This document shows positions 11,820-23,834 of a stretch of DNA of 64,000 nucleotides, piece by piece. The position numbers and the translations under genes were made by a program. The notes below the pieces were generated by a model, which worked only from the letters and a program-made list of their open reading frames with translations, was not told where the DNA came from and searched no databases. Numbering within the stretch: the stretch's first letter is position 1; each line of letters opens with the position of its first letter. Origin of the DNA: Blepharisma stoltei ATCC 30299 (taxonomy: Eukaryota; Protista; Ciliophora); contig CBFDEM010000054.1 in assembly GCA_965603825.1 (NCBI GenBank), positions 682,001 through 746,000 of the forward strand. The letters run 5' to 3'.

Positions 11820-13302
11820 TTAGTTCTTAGCATATTGTGATAAATTTGCTGGGACTACTATAAAGTCAGGCTTTATCTCAACCAAAGGTTCATTTAATAT
11901 TGAATCCGATGAAAACTCATTCACACTTTCTACTAAGCTTGGATTTGAAGAGGATTGATCATTATAATGAAGTACCTCTGAAGAGTGAACACTTACCGAT
12001 AGCAATGGCATCTTTTTCTTTCTTAATTGATTTTTCGTCACTTTATAAAGCACTGCAGCTACAATTATGCCTAAAATTGCAGCTCCTGATGCAATCATAA
12101 TGATTGATGTCAAGCTCATTCCTTCACCAGAACTTTTTTCTTTAGGGACATTATCAAGTTTAGCACGAGCTAGTCCAATAGTGGAATCATCCATATTTCA
12201 CACTGAATAATATTCTCTCAAAAACACGTCTCCCAATACCCAATTTTCTCCTGTATTTTCTCCAATTAAAAGTAAACAAAGCTCGGTTGTCTCATTCCAA
12301 TAGAAATAATGATAAGGAGAAACCCTAAACTCTATGCCTGCAGCGCCTAAGAAAAAGGTAAGATCTGGGTAACTCTTCGTGAAATTTTGAAAAGGGCAAT
12401 CACAATAAATGTAATTGTCCGCATCTTCTGCACAGCCAGGGTAGAACCGAAACGCATCTCTTATTGTGGAATGGTCCAGAAATGATGCTAAAATCATAGA
12501 AGTCCCGATATCAAACGTTACACTTTTGGCTTCGATGTCAAGTCCCGCATCAAGATGGACAGCTGTTAATGGGACTTCCCAGTACCCAGAGGTATTTGAA
12601 ACATTTAAATAAGTAAGCTGAGTCTCCCAAGAATATTTCTCTAAATCGTATCCTCCTAGTATCAAATTCGAATGAATTGCATCTTCCACATCATCTCCTT
12701 TTGAGCTTAAATACAATGAAAACATTGCACGATCAATAGCGCCCTTAATTTTCAAGGTCTCTATAAAATTAGAATAGCCGCTGCTCAGTTGGCTGAAGCC
12801 AAGGCCTAAAACTCCGTCTGCGAAGAAAGTTTCTATGTCTATGAAATTTTCATTGATAAGAACAAAGAATTGTTCAACGTCAAGGGATTCCCAAATCCAT
12901 ACCCAGTCAGTCCCAATTGTGCCGCCTGCTGTTGAGTTCAGAACCTAAGTTAAAGTTTACATTAATAATTGTTGATAGAGCTGTGCTTGTATAAGTGTTT
13001 GATTTTGATGGCGAAAATGATCTTGATATTGGCTGGCAATTTTGGCAGTCGTCAGAAACAACCCAAAGTCACTGAATAAAAATTACGGATTCAGCTGTAT
13101 CCAAAAGGACACTAAAGGTTTGAACAGGACTTCCAATATTTATTTCGACGGAATATTGGTTCTATGTAGTTTATACGTTTTTATGGCTGTTGAGTTCAGT
13201 GGAAGAGCTCTTTTTGAATACAGGGATACTGATACCGTTCTGGAATGGGGGCAAAGAGTAACCGTGCCAAATTGATGCGAGTAAAAAGAAATAAAACATC
13301 AT
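11820..13302 (-). CDS. Membrane-anchored pepsin-family (A1) aspartic protease with three tiny introns
   Basis: Signal peptide; QYSVEINIGSP, LLDTAES[W]LWV, DGVLGLGF, FDIGTS and WVLGDVFLREYYSV[W]; C-terminal TM. Introns 13162-13176, 13072-13086 and 12945-12960. Confidence 0.85.
12945..12960 (-). other. 16-nt intron GTAAACTTTAACTTAG
   Basis: Restores the protease reading frame. Confidence 0.8.
13072..13086 (-). other. 15-nt intron GTAATTTTTATTCAG
   Basis: Removal gives DTAES-W-LWV, the canonical DTGSSxLWV spacing. Confidence 0.8.
13162..13176 (-). other. 15-nt intron GTATAAACTACATAG
   Basis: Contains in-frame TAA and TAG. Confidence 0.85.
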
Positions 13303-13658
13303 TTATTAATTCTTCAAGTTTTGCCATCTTATGGATTTTGTTCACCTTAGAAGGCATCGAGTTATTATGTTTTCATTTTTCAATTTTTTCAAATTTAGAT
13401 AAGAGTTATGCAACTATTTTTTGGCATTAAACTTATTAATAAATTTCATTGGCAGTAAATTATTCTACAGTGCCAATATGAACATAAACTTATAATTTTA
13501 TACATCTGACTTTTTGTGCTCTTTAAAAAACCTCGGATTTATTTTGGGTAGTTCTTCGTTGATTTTCTTAAAAGGTTCTCTAGTTAAATATACTATTTTT
13601 ATCACGTAGTCTTTATTTTTTGATAGGCCAATCCCATAAATATATAGGACAATCTATT

Positions 13659-14279
13659 TTATTTGGAATAATCAGTTAGCTCCCTTCTTTTGATATTCCT
13701 AGTCGACCCAGGTATTTTCTTAGAAAAAGACTCTGGAGTGACAGGTTTTAATTTTGGTCTTAAAAAATTACTTTCACATACAAAAGGACTTGGGAGAGGA
13801 TTTAGCTTTGAAAAAGACTTGCTTCAAGAGATGTTACTGTTTGATTCTTTAAATATTTGCTGAAATGTGCGTGAAGACATCAAGCCTTCTTCGCTGTTTT
13901 CTAAAGGAATTGTATCGATAGAGTCGTTTTGAAAGGCAGAGGGAAGTGACAGCCCCAAACTCGCTGATTTTTGAATATTTGTTTTAGTATCTGCTGTAGC
14001 TGGAGACTGTGGCTCGAAATTTGGCCCTTTTTTAACAACTATAACTGGCTTAAAGGAAGATGGTGTACTGATTAGATTATTGTCTTTGTTAAAGCTTCTG
14101 TGACTTTTAGCATTTTCATTGGTTTGGGTGTGCGCATTTTGAGCTACCACTGTGCGGTAATTGTGATATGATTCTCTGCTTTCAATGCTTACTGCATTGC
14201 GTTTTGTTCTTTTGCAACAGCCGAAAATTGACACTAGGTATCCTGATGATTTATTTGACATTTTTACAAATCTCCACAT
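13659..14279 (-). CDS. Hypothetical Ser-rich disordered protein (N-terminal GCC may be palmitoylated)
   Basis: Track ORF extends through TGA 13824-13826 to TAA at 13659. Confidence 0.65.
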
Positions 14280-14745
14280 TGGTATTTCTTCTCATTGATA
14301 ATATTGGCTTAGAGATGAAATTGCTAATTTTATTGGCTAGTAAACTTATTAATATAGAAGAAAAATAAATCAAGATAAATGCATTTAGAAGAAATATATT
14401 TTAATAAAGAAGACGAGAAATTAAATTATTTTAATTTATTCTATATTCAGGAGGCTAATAATTAAAAAACAAACACAGATTTTCGAAATAATTTAAATGG
14501 TAATTTACTAATGACTAAATCATTTTCTATTTTCTTATATAGCTTGAATTTATTATGATTAAAGATATTAAATTAACCATAGATGCTAAATAAGCTTCCA
14601 TTTTAACTTATTTATCTCCAAAGCAAACAATTAATCTTTCATTTAAATAAATTTCTCTTTAAATCTTCATTATTTTCAAAAATCATTCCTTCTATTTCAA
14701 ACAATATAGAAATTTTGCACTTTGTGTTGATTAAATGATAATAAT

Positions 14746-15897
14746 ATGGAAGAACCTCTCATATGTGACAATGGAACTGGATCCTTAAAAACCGGCCGAT
14801 GCACCAGCAACTTCCCTGAATGAAGTGTTCCTTCAATGATAGGCATCCCAAATCCTCATTATGAAGAACTTGCTGACAAATCATTAAACCTCAGTGGCGA
14901 GTATATTGGTTTTGATGTGGAGCCATACCGATCAGCACTTGAAATCACTCGTCCAATGGAAGAAGGAGTTGTCAAAGACTGGGACGCAATGGAGAAAATC
15001 TGGGCTTATACTTTTCAGAAGTTTGAACGCATGGATAGGTCACGTACTCCTTTATTATTAACAGAAGCTCCAATGAACCCACTTAAAAATAGAGAGAAGA
15101 TGGCAGAAATTATGTTTGAAAAGTTCGGGTTTCTTGCTTTAGATGTCCAAGTTCAAGCTACATTATCATTATATGCAATGGGATATATGACTGGACTTGT
15201 GGTAGATTCAGGGGATGGTGTGACTCATTGTATCCCAGTTTCTGAAGGAGTCGTAAATAAGCATGCAATTGCAAGAATGAATTTAGCAGGGCGTCATCTT
15301 ACAGACCAACTAATTAAATTGCTACTTATCAGAGGATACAGTTTTCATACATCAGCAGATTTTGAGACTGTAAGAGAAATAAAAGAAAAATTATGCTATG
15401 TCAGCTGCAACCTCGCTGAAGAAAGAAAACTTGCCAAAGAAACCACAGTTTTAGAAGAGGATTATAAACTCCCTGACGGCACTTGGATTAAAGTTGGCCA
15501 AGAACGTTTTGAATGTGGAGAACTCTTATTCAGTCCTTATCTTGCTGGAAAAGATAGTGAAGGGCTCTCAGATATGATTTTTAAGTCCATTATGAATTCT
15601 CCTATGGATTTAAGAGCTGGGCTTTTTAACTCAATTTTACTATCAGGAGGGACCACTATGCTGCCTGGAATTTCTACTAGAATTAAAAAAGATGTAACAG
15701 CGATGCATAAAACAATGAGAGGTGGGACGAAATCGAAAGGAATCAAAATTAATGTGGAAGACCCACCTTATAGAAAATATTTAGTGTATTTAGGAGCAAC
15801 AGCTTTGGCTCGAATCATGAAGTTGAGCCCTGAGACTTGGGTTTATAAATTTAACTGGGATGAAGAAGGGCCAAGAGTTATCCATAAGAACAGGTAA
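14746..15897 (+). CDS. ARP2: Actin-related protein 2
   Basis: CDNGTG start recovered by reading TGA 14821 as Trp. LLLIRGYSFHTSADFETVREIKEKLCY and LAKETTVL are Arp2 signatures. Confidence 0.92.
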
Positions 15898-15990
15898 AAA
15901 TTAATAGTTAATATATGGGATTACAAGCAAATAGTTGAATAATTTGCTTTTCCTTAGTTGATTATTAAGTTTACGTGATAGTCATAAAAT

Positions 15991-16338
15991 ATGGTCAAAG
16001 AAACCAAGGAATTGGAGCCTGTGACACGTGACTATACAATTCACCTCCACAAGCGCCTCCACCACACAAACCTGAAGAAGCGTGCTCCTAAATCCATCAG
16101 AATTATAAAAGACTTTGCCCAAAGAGTCATGAAAACCAAAGATGTGAGAATTGATTACCACCTCAACAATTTCTTATGGTCAAGAGGAATCAAGCACGTT
16201 CCATTCAGAGTTAGAGTGAGAATGGAAAGAAAACGCACTGAGGAAGAAACTGCAGGGGAAGAACTTTATACATTGGTCAGATATTTGCCAGTTGATTCTT
16301 TTGAAGGATTAAGACCAGAAAAAGTTGAGAGCGAATAA
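15991..16338 (+). CDS. RPL31: 60S ribosomal protein L31
   Basis: VTRDYTIHLHKR...KKRAPK...DVRID...WSRGI..VPFRVRVR. Confidence 0.97.
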   Translation: MVKETKELEPVTRDYTIHLHKRLHHTNLKKRAPKSIRIIKDFAQRVMKTKDVRIDYHLNNFLWSRGIKHVPFRVRVRMERKRTEEETAGEELYTLVRYLPVDSFEGLRPEKVESE

Positions 16339-16577
16339 CTTTTTAATTTATTTAAGGCAATTTCGAATGAATTTGGATAAAATTGGTATTTTAAATAGAA
16401 ATATGTAGTATCATTTAAATTTAGAAAGAGAAAATTGGATTTAATAATAAATTTTATAAAAATTGGGTGATATTGAAAGAAAAGGATTAAAATTAATATA
16501 TTGCTGAATATTAAGATCATTTTATATTTAATATCATTTCTTGACTCTAATATGATAAAACCAATAATTGTAAAAAA

Positions 16578-17036
16578 ATGCAAATTTCGCCATTGTATGA
16601 TATTCAAGAAAATGCGAACCAAGAACAAGTCAGACTTCACTATTTAATGTCAAAGCAGCCATTGAGGGTCAGATCTTGATGTAAGCTTAATAAAGAATAT
16701 TATATTGATCATATAGCTGTTACTTCATTTCCAGATACAAAACTACAGCCTTTATCCTCTACAACAAGAGCATTTTCTACTAAAAATATTCAAGTTTTGG
16801 ACAATAAATCATATTCAAAAGGATTATTTCCTAAAATTTCATTATTGTCTAAAAGAAATAAAAAGATTTCGCACATAAAAATTACTTTACCAAAAATAAA
16901 AGAAGCAAAAAATTACCGGAGCGCATCTTTGACGACTCCTGATTTGAATATTCATCAGATTTATTCAAAATTGATGAAGCCTAAATCGTTATATTTAAAA
17001 GGAAAGGATGAAGAAGCATATAGGGCTACAGGATAA
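16578..17036 (+). CDS. Hypothetical basic protein, 152 aa
   Basis: ATG 16578 is in frame with track ORF 16797 via one TGA; ends in TAA. Confidence 0.55.
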
Positions 17037-17178
17037 TCTAGATTTTAGATAAAATTAGATAAATGTAATTAAACAGATATAAAATTATATCAGATTATTA
17101 GTAAAAATTAAAGCTATGCTTTATGGAAATGGGAAACTGGAAATTAAGTAGAAAAATAGTATGGAATTTAGAATTATA

Positions 17179-18706
17179 TTAAGAATTTGGGGATATAATT
17201 ACTTCTACTAGCAGCCTTTTGGAAGCTGGTGTGCTCTCAATTTCATTTTCTTGAGAATAAACCGCATCTATATCAGATAGCAAAGTTTCTCTAGATTTAA
17301 ATGAAATTTTAATATGATCTATGCCACAGACTAGCCTCGAATTAATTCTTGCTTCAAGAATCCCTTTCTGTGAAGTCGTTAATTTTGATGATTTTCATTC
17401 CAAATTTCCTGTAGTTAATTCTCCTCTTGAGTTAGCTTCAATAAGCACAGCTTGTGAGTCAGTCAACGCAATCGTGAAATTTATATCTTCAAGAGAACTT
17501 TTCCAATTCTGATTAACTTGGTATTTTAACTGTAATAAATGCTCAACTTCTGACGTTTGTGACATATTATAAGCTGTATACAAAGGGAAATTTTTTATAT
17601 TGATCGTTGTGGGTGCTACGATATACTCAATAATCGCGCTTGATTTTTCAAAATTTCCCAATTTAACTTTATACAAATAAGGGTCGATTTCTTCAATCCC
17701 TTCCACACACATTCTTTTCGCTATTTTTGTCTTATCATCCCAATTTATATTTGTCATCTTAATCCTTAAGCTTGACTCTTGAAAAGCTGCTGCCAAATCT
17801 GGGACTTCCAAGCCTAATTGACCTACAACTCTCATGTTTCTAATTTTGTTATCCTGAAATGCAACTAAAGCCTTTTCCTGTAAACTGGTTACATCTTACC
17901 ATTATTGTGATTCTTAAGTTAGGTTTAATTTGAGGAATTTGGGCTGTTTTTTTCTGCTGATTTTGCATAGGAGTTGATGGTAAAAATGATAAATCAGTGG
18001 AAGATGGGCCAGGCTCTATTACTTTTGAGTTTGAGGGGGTTAGAATGGGAGCGTTTTCTTCGATAAATTGATAAGCAAATGGATGAACCATGGCTTGAGG
18101 TGGTTGGATGTCTGACTGTATAGGAAATGTGAATTTCAATGAAATTAATTTTTCTTCGTGTTTAAGCTGGTTTTGTGCTTTAGCCCTGGCTGAAGTTAAA
18201 ATATTGTCCTCGTCAGTTCATGGCTTGCTGTTATAAATTAGATTGGAGTTTTGGCTTTGCAGGACAGAAAAACAGTTTTGCAGAGGCTTTGAAATAGAAA
18301 ATAATTCGCATTTTCCGAGCCGTCCATAGGGGTTTAAGGAGTATAAGCAGTCTTCTAAAGCATAATTGATTTCTGTGATTTTTTTAATTAAATTTTCAGG
18401 CTTTATTTCGTTACCTTTGCTGAGAGTAAGCAAAATTTCTTTGATTTTTGCTAAACAATCTTCAGCTACAAATGGATTTTCTGTAATTGTTGCGAATACC
18501 ATTATCACTACATCATTGCTTATTACATAATGCCCACGAAATGTTTTCATTATCACTTGCCCATTTTTTTCCTGTTCTTCATTTTTCGCCAAGCTGCTTA
18601 TTAATTCTCGACACAAGCTGTGAGCAACAGTTATAGGCACTGTATGTCTAGATTGTACTGCAATGCATCCTCCAGAAGTCATTAAAATTCCAGCAATTTC
18701 TCCCAT
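17179..18706 (-). CDS. TCUP/TML-like adaptor medium subunit (longin-like plus mu-homology domain), TSET complex candidate
   Basis: Three track ORFs joined via two TGAs and a 22-nt intron (17878-17899). N-domain NGQVI...NPF...KGNEIKPENLIKKITEINYALE; C-domain EKALVAF...VVGQL...GNLE[W]K. Confidence 0.65.
17878..17899 (-). other. Putative 22-nt intron GTAAGATGTAACCAGTTTACAG
   Basis: The only nearby GT-AG pair I found that gives the required frame change (ITIM|EKALVAF). Confidence 0.55.
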
Positions 18707-18714
18707 AATAATAA

Positions 18715-19920
18715 TTACAAAATTAATTTTTTAACAATCCTAATTGGACTTTTCATAGAAATCAAGCCTAAAAGTTCGGGTGGGATATCGGTCCTCCGGT
18801 ATGCTGCTTTTTGAAAATCCATTTTGACGACAATGTCTAGGTCACCGAACATTTTGATTTCTTTTTGGAATTTAATGGAAACTTCAGTTTTTGCTCTATT
18901 AAATTCGATGTTTACCTATATAAAGCTTACTTTATTGTTACCGTTTTCTTCTGTAGCGACCACAATGAATGGGAAAGGAATGGAGTCGCCGTTGTTAATA
19001 ATTTGTTTATTTCTTCGGATTAGCTCTTTAGCTGCATAAAATCGGTTTGCAATGTCTTTTAGCCTTTCTCTTTTCCCTTCAACTGCTAATTGTAACTCAT
19101 TTTCTTTTGGGTTTGCTTTAATTTGAATTTTTTCAGGGATTTCTTGTGTAATTCCTTTTCAATAATATCTGTTATCTTTTTTCCTTACCATATCGCACGC
19201 AATTAATACATTTAATGCATCATAGACTCTTCGAAGAATATTTTTTTCTTCTTTTTCTCTATCAATTTCGTCTCCAAGCTCCATTTCTTTAATTAATTCA
19301 TCAGCTACTTCTTTATAGCAAGAAAAGCCTTTTTGGCAGATAATATCTTTTACACGGAGACTGAGGACTTTAAGCCCTCTATTCATACGTGGAGTGTTTT
19401 GTTCAGATTGTATTTGTCTATGTAAAGGGGTAAGAGGAGTAAAAGAAGACATAATTTTAGATGGGATTGGGGATGAAATTTTACTACTTCAAGCAGGAGT
19501 TATAGTCCCACCTTCAAAATTATATGTATCGCCACTTGGCTCTTTTAACCCAAGTTCTGTTGGCTCTGACAATATCCCAATATTATTTTCATAAAAAGTT
19601 CTCAAAAACTCTTCTCGAATGATGCTATTGCAATCAGTTGTCGGGGTATTATTTTGAGAAGAAAAAAAATCCAAGTCATTCTGAATTGGGTCTTGAAATT
19701 CCTTTGAAATTTGCAGCAAAACATCAGCTTGGGATGGAATTCTTAGGAATGTCCCGAGCTCAGGAGAGTATCCTAAGTTGAGGTAAATATAAAATAAAGT
19801 TGTATCAGATGCCAAATAAGATATGTAGCTTTTTAAGACCTGAGAAGTATCGCTATGCGATTTTTTCAGGTCTTGGAGCAATGCTTTGATGTGAGGAGGG
19901 CAATGAGGATTGCTTGCCAT
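18715..19920 (-). CDS. Transcription factor DP (E2F dimerisation partner)
   Basis: GLKVLSLRV...YKEVADEL...KNILRRVYDALNVL...YY[W]KG, then PFPFIVV. Two TGAs and a 15-nt intron at 18916-18930. Confidence 0.9.
18916..18930 (-). other. 15-nt intron GTAAGCTTTATATAG
   Basis: Phase 0 with an in-frame TAG inside the DP dimerisation region. Confidence 0.85.
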
Positions 19921-20175
19921 TATATTATAATCTTAACGATATGGTGTAAAAGATATTGAAGGATTTTTTATTTCTTCAGAATTAAGATGCTAATGAGAAA
20001 TGATTGATTTTTATAAGCAAATAATAAAATTATAGTAAATTAATTAATCTGAAATAAGATTTTTGTGAATATTCTAGAAATTATGATACTTTTTTATGTA
20101 AACTAATAAATTTCAAAAAATTCATCTTTATATGGAGATCATATAATTAATTCAAAAAATATCTTGAATTCTCTG

Positions 20176-20736
20176 ATGAACTGCCCTATAGGAATATTTG
20201 GAGATACAGGAGTAGGTAAAAGTAGAATATGCAACCGATTTGTGTCTAATTGCTATGAAGAAGATTATATGCCTACTATATTTTGCAGTTACATCAAGCC
20301 AATTGTTCATCAAAAGAATTTTTATTCATTAGAAATCAATGAATCAGCAAGTGACGAAGGATTTGTCACAGATTATACCGATGTTATTGAAAAATCTTTA
20401 GGATTTTTATGTATTTTTGACCTTACACAAGAAACAAGTTTGCATAAAATTTCAGAATTTAGATATCGAATTTTGAACCAAAAAAATTTAACCAAAGTGC
20501 CAATGATCATTGTCGGTAACAAGAGCGATTTGACATCTGAAAGAAAAGTTTTGTCTGAAACTGGACAGATGCTTGCAGATAAATGTTGTGTGCCTTACAT
20601 AGAGGTCTCTGCAAAATTTGGAACTAATATATCGAAATGCTTTGAAATGCTTTTAGACGAAATTCATCCAAAGAATAATCTGATTCCAGTCAAGAGAAAA
20701 GGATGCTTAGGATGCATTCAATGGCTTGTAACCTAA
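20176..20736 (+). CDS. Divergent Ras/Rap-family small GTPase
   Basis: GDTGVGKS, PTI, NKSD and SAK present. The G3 box reads ESASD instead of DTAGQ. Confidence 0.85.
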   Translation: MNCPIGIFGDTGVGKSRICNRFVSNCYEEDYMPTIFCSYIKPIVHQKNFYSLEINESASDEGFVTDYTDVIEKSLGFLCIFDLTQETSLHKISEFRYRILNQKNLTKVPMIIVGNKSDLTSERKVLSETGQMLADKCCVPYIEVSAKFGTNISKCFEMLLDEIHPKNNLIPVKRKGCLGCIQWLVT

Positions 20737-20975
20737 TTATACCGGATTCTATTAAGAAAGATATTTTTATTACTTATTTGGATACTTTAAAATATAGAAA
20801 TTGCTAATTAAATACTCTCTATCTATTTTATTTAAAAACAAAAATTTAGAATATACTATTTCTATCATTTTAAATAATTTTTGGGCAGAAGTCATTTTTA
20901 AGAATAGGATTATTAAATAGAGCAATTGAACTATTAATTGCAATTTTTGATTTTGTCTTCATATATTTATACACT

Positions 20976-21845
20976 CTAAAAATCACTTTCTTTTTTCTCT
21001 ACTATCAGGCTTTTAAATTGTTCGAAATTGATATATTTGACCATGCAGCCTTCTGATTCATTAAGCTTCTGGAAAATAATATCACTGAGCATAACAATCT
21101 GATATTTTGCAGCTTTGTCAGCCATACTCAGAGCTTCCATTAGCTGGTCTCTATCGAGCTCATCCCCTGCAGTTTTTTGAATAAATGAAAAGAAAACTAA
21201 ATAAATTTTACATAGATATTTTTGGATTTGCCACAAATTTTTCTTCTTTTTATTGATCTTTTTAGGGGAAAATAAATTCCAATTATGGCTTTCCTGCAAG
21301 TTCTCTAAGCACGTTTTGAATAATTCTATATCAACTCATGGTTTATTGCTAATAGGATCAATTATTAAACTCCAAAAAGAATGATCGCAAGTGTAACAGT
21401 CAAGAAAGAATTGTTTGATTAAAGCACTGTGCACTAGGCTCTGAAATTCATCATATTTAACTCATGAAGTTCCCTGATATGCTTCAAGTAATGATATAAA
21501 AGTTGAACTGATGCAAGAATACTGTTCAGTGGTATAAACATTTTTAGGCTGCTTATGAATCTCTATATTCAACAAGCTGACCGATAGCATTTTTCTGCGC
21601 GATATTAAAGGAGAAATATTAGGATAAGTTGAGTTTTCTTCTATAATAGGGGAATCTGTATTATGTATTATATAGCAAGGCTGAGCTGTTGTGCTTGAGG
21701 ATTTGCGATGAGTATTTCGTCTTTTTGTTATTCTTCTTATTCTAATATTGTTATATTCTTTGAGATTTGAAAATCTTCATATCAAACGAATTAGTTCGTT
21801 TGATATTTGGGCATCGCTCAAAGTCAGAAAAGATTTTTCTGCCAT
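20976..21845 (-). CDS. Hypothetical protein with degenerate C-terminal EF-hand-like pair, 289 aa
   Basis: ATG 21845 reads through three TGAs into track ORF 21299; ELDRDQL and YINFEQF segments. Confidence 0.6.
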
Positions 21846-22335
21846 TAAATAGTTTTATTTTCGTTTTTGGATTATTTTAATCCTTATACACGCTCAAAAA
21901 GTATAATTTGCTATGAAGACTACATTTTGTATCACAAAGATTAATTTGTCACTTAAAATAGATTTATACTTTTGTAAAAAGGATTCCTGCAGAAAGAATC
22001 AGTTTACCATATTAGATTTCAAATTTTAAATAATCAATAAGTAAGAGACAGAAAAGATTTTATTTTCAAATAAAGCGAGCATGCTATTATATTTTAATAT
22101 ATAATTCATTATCGAATCTTAGCATCTCTATGATTACTGAATAATCTATACAATTTACTTTACAATATTATATTTTATTTTTTTGCATTTATTTTATTTT
22201 CAGGTCGAATCAGAGTCTGTAAATCTTAATAACATTAAATTAAAATTTATTCTAATTAATTTTACTATTTGTCAAAAAATCACATTAGAAAATATGCCAT
22301 ATTAAATAAACTCACCAAATTTTCTAATATAAAAT

Positions 22336-22899
22336 ATGAGCCAATTTGGAGAGCTTGTGCTGCTAATAGGTGACCTTCACATCCCTCAGCGTGCTGTTGA
22401 CCTTCCTGAGAAATTCAAAGAACTCTTAGTCCCAGGAAAAGTTCAAAATATTTTTTGCACAGGAAATATTGGATGTCGAGAATATTCCGATTGACTAAAA
22501 GGTTTGGCATCAAGCGTCCACATAGTTAAAGGCGATTTTGATGAAAATACTACGATCCCTGAAAGCAAGGTCGTTACAATTGGAGATTGAAAAATAGGCT
22601 TAATTCATGGGCATCAAGTAATTCCATGGGGCGATAAAGAAGCATTAGGAAATCTCCAACGTCAATTTGACTGTGACATTTTAATATCAGGCCACACACA
22701 CGCCCTTTCTATAGAATCCTTAGATGGAAAATACTTTATTAACCCAGGATCGGCTACCGGAGCTTATTCATCAATAACACCAGAAGTTAAGCCGAGCTTT
22801 ATTATAATGGCATTTCAAGGTAATGACGCGACACTATTCATCTATGAACTTGTTGATGGGAACATTTCAGTTAACAAAGCACAATTTTCTAAAAGCTAA
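22336..22899 (+). CDS. VPS29: Retromer subunit VPS29 (missing from the ORF track)
   Basis: [11 protein letters not shown]...[10 protein letters not shown]...CTGN...[10 protein letters not shown]...ISGHTH...[12 protein letters not shown] at 22492 and 22588. Confidence 0.97.
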
Positions 22900-22925
22900 A
22901 TAATAAATACTTAAGTAGTTTAATT

Positions 22926-23303
22926 ATGAGCACCAGTGACACTGACGAGGATATTTGTATGAAGAAAGCTGAAAAAGAGTTCAAACTGTATAGGAATAAG
23001 CGAAAAATTCAAAAAATGCTTGATGAATATAATTCGCAACTAGTTTCTCAAAGAGAAAACAATCTCCAATACGAATGAAGTGGGGATGGGCTCGAAATAT
23101 TTTTGGCTCAGAGCGATTTTGATAAAGAACTATCTTCAATTGCAATAAGTCAAAATATTTATGAAGCATATAACCCAAAGAATCCATATCATTCAGGGGA
23201 GGATTCACATACCGAAATTTCGGAGAATACGAATGCTGAAGAAGAGATGTCTATTAAAGCAACTGATGATACTAACAGGAAACAAATGATTGCTCTGTTG
23301 TAA
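22926..23303 (+). CDS. Hypothetical acidic protein, 125 aa (3' end uncertain)
   Basis: ATG 22926 is in frame with track ORF 23103 via one TGA. Confidence 0.55.
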
Positions 23304-23834
23304 ACTAAATATTTAAGGTAATTTTAGTGGATAAGGTTGTCCAGCTTTTTGGCATTTTTTCTGTTTTTGACTGAGATCCAAAGGAAAATGACCTAGAATT
23401 ATGAAGGTATGAAATTTAAAATAATTTCAATTTCTCCATAATTTGAAATGAGAATCATAAAGTAGAGCAAAAAGTGATAATACTTGAAACCGAAAAAAAT
23501 TTAAACGCCTAACTTCTTTTTTGCTTCTGAATTTTTTTTAAAAATCCAACTTTAAAAATAAAAATCTATTTCTTCTTCTTCTTCTTATAAATAAGCAAAA
23601 TTCCCCCTCGTGAATGTTTTTTCACCCTTCATCTCAAAAATATTATTTATTATAATGACGATCTTTTTTCAATTTAAAAATGCGATACTGATACATTTCA
23701 CGAAATTCCAGATTTTTCTCCAATTCATTTTTATCTCAAAATTTCATGCGTTTTATTTACTTATAAATCGACACAATCAAAAATTTCTTAAGTCTTTGAT
23801 TAATTATTGTCATATTAAATTAAAAATTGTGCCT

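Noticed and set aside
16681-16695. 15-nt GT-AG segment GTAAGCTTAATAAAG as an intron
   Set aside because: Splicing would create an in-frame TAA, whereas the unspliced frame is open.
23300-23317. 18-nt GT-AG segment extending the 22926 gene
   Set aside because: Removal leads straight to another TAA.
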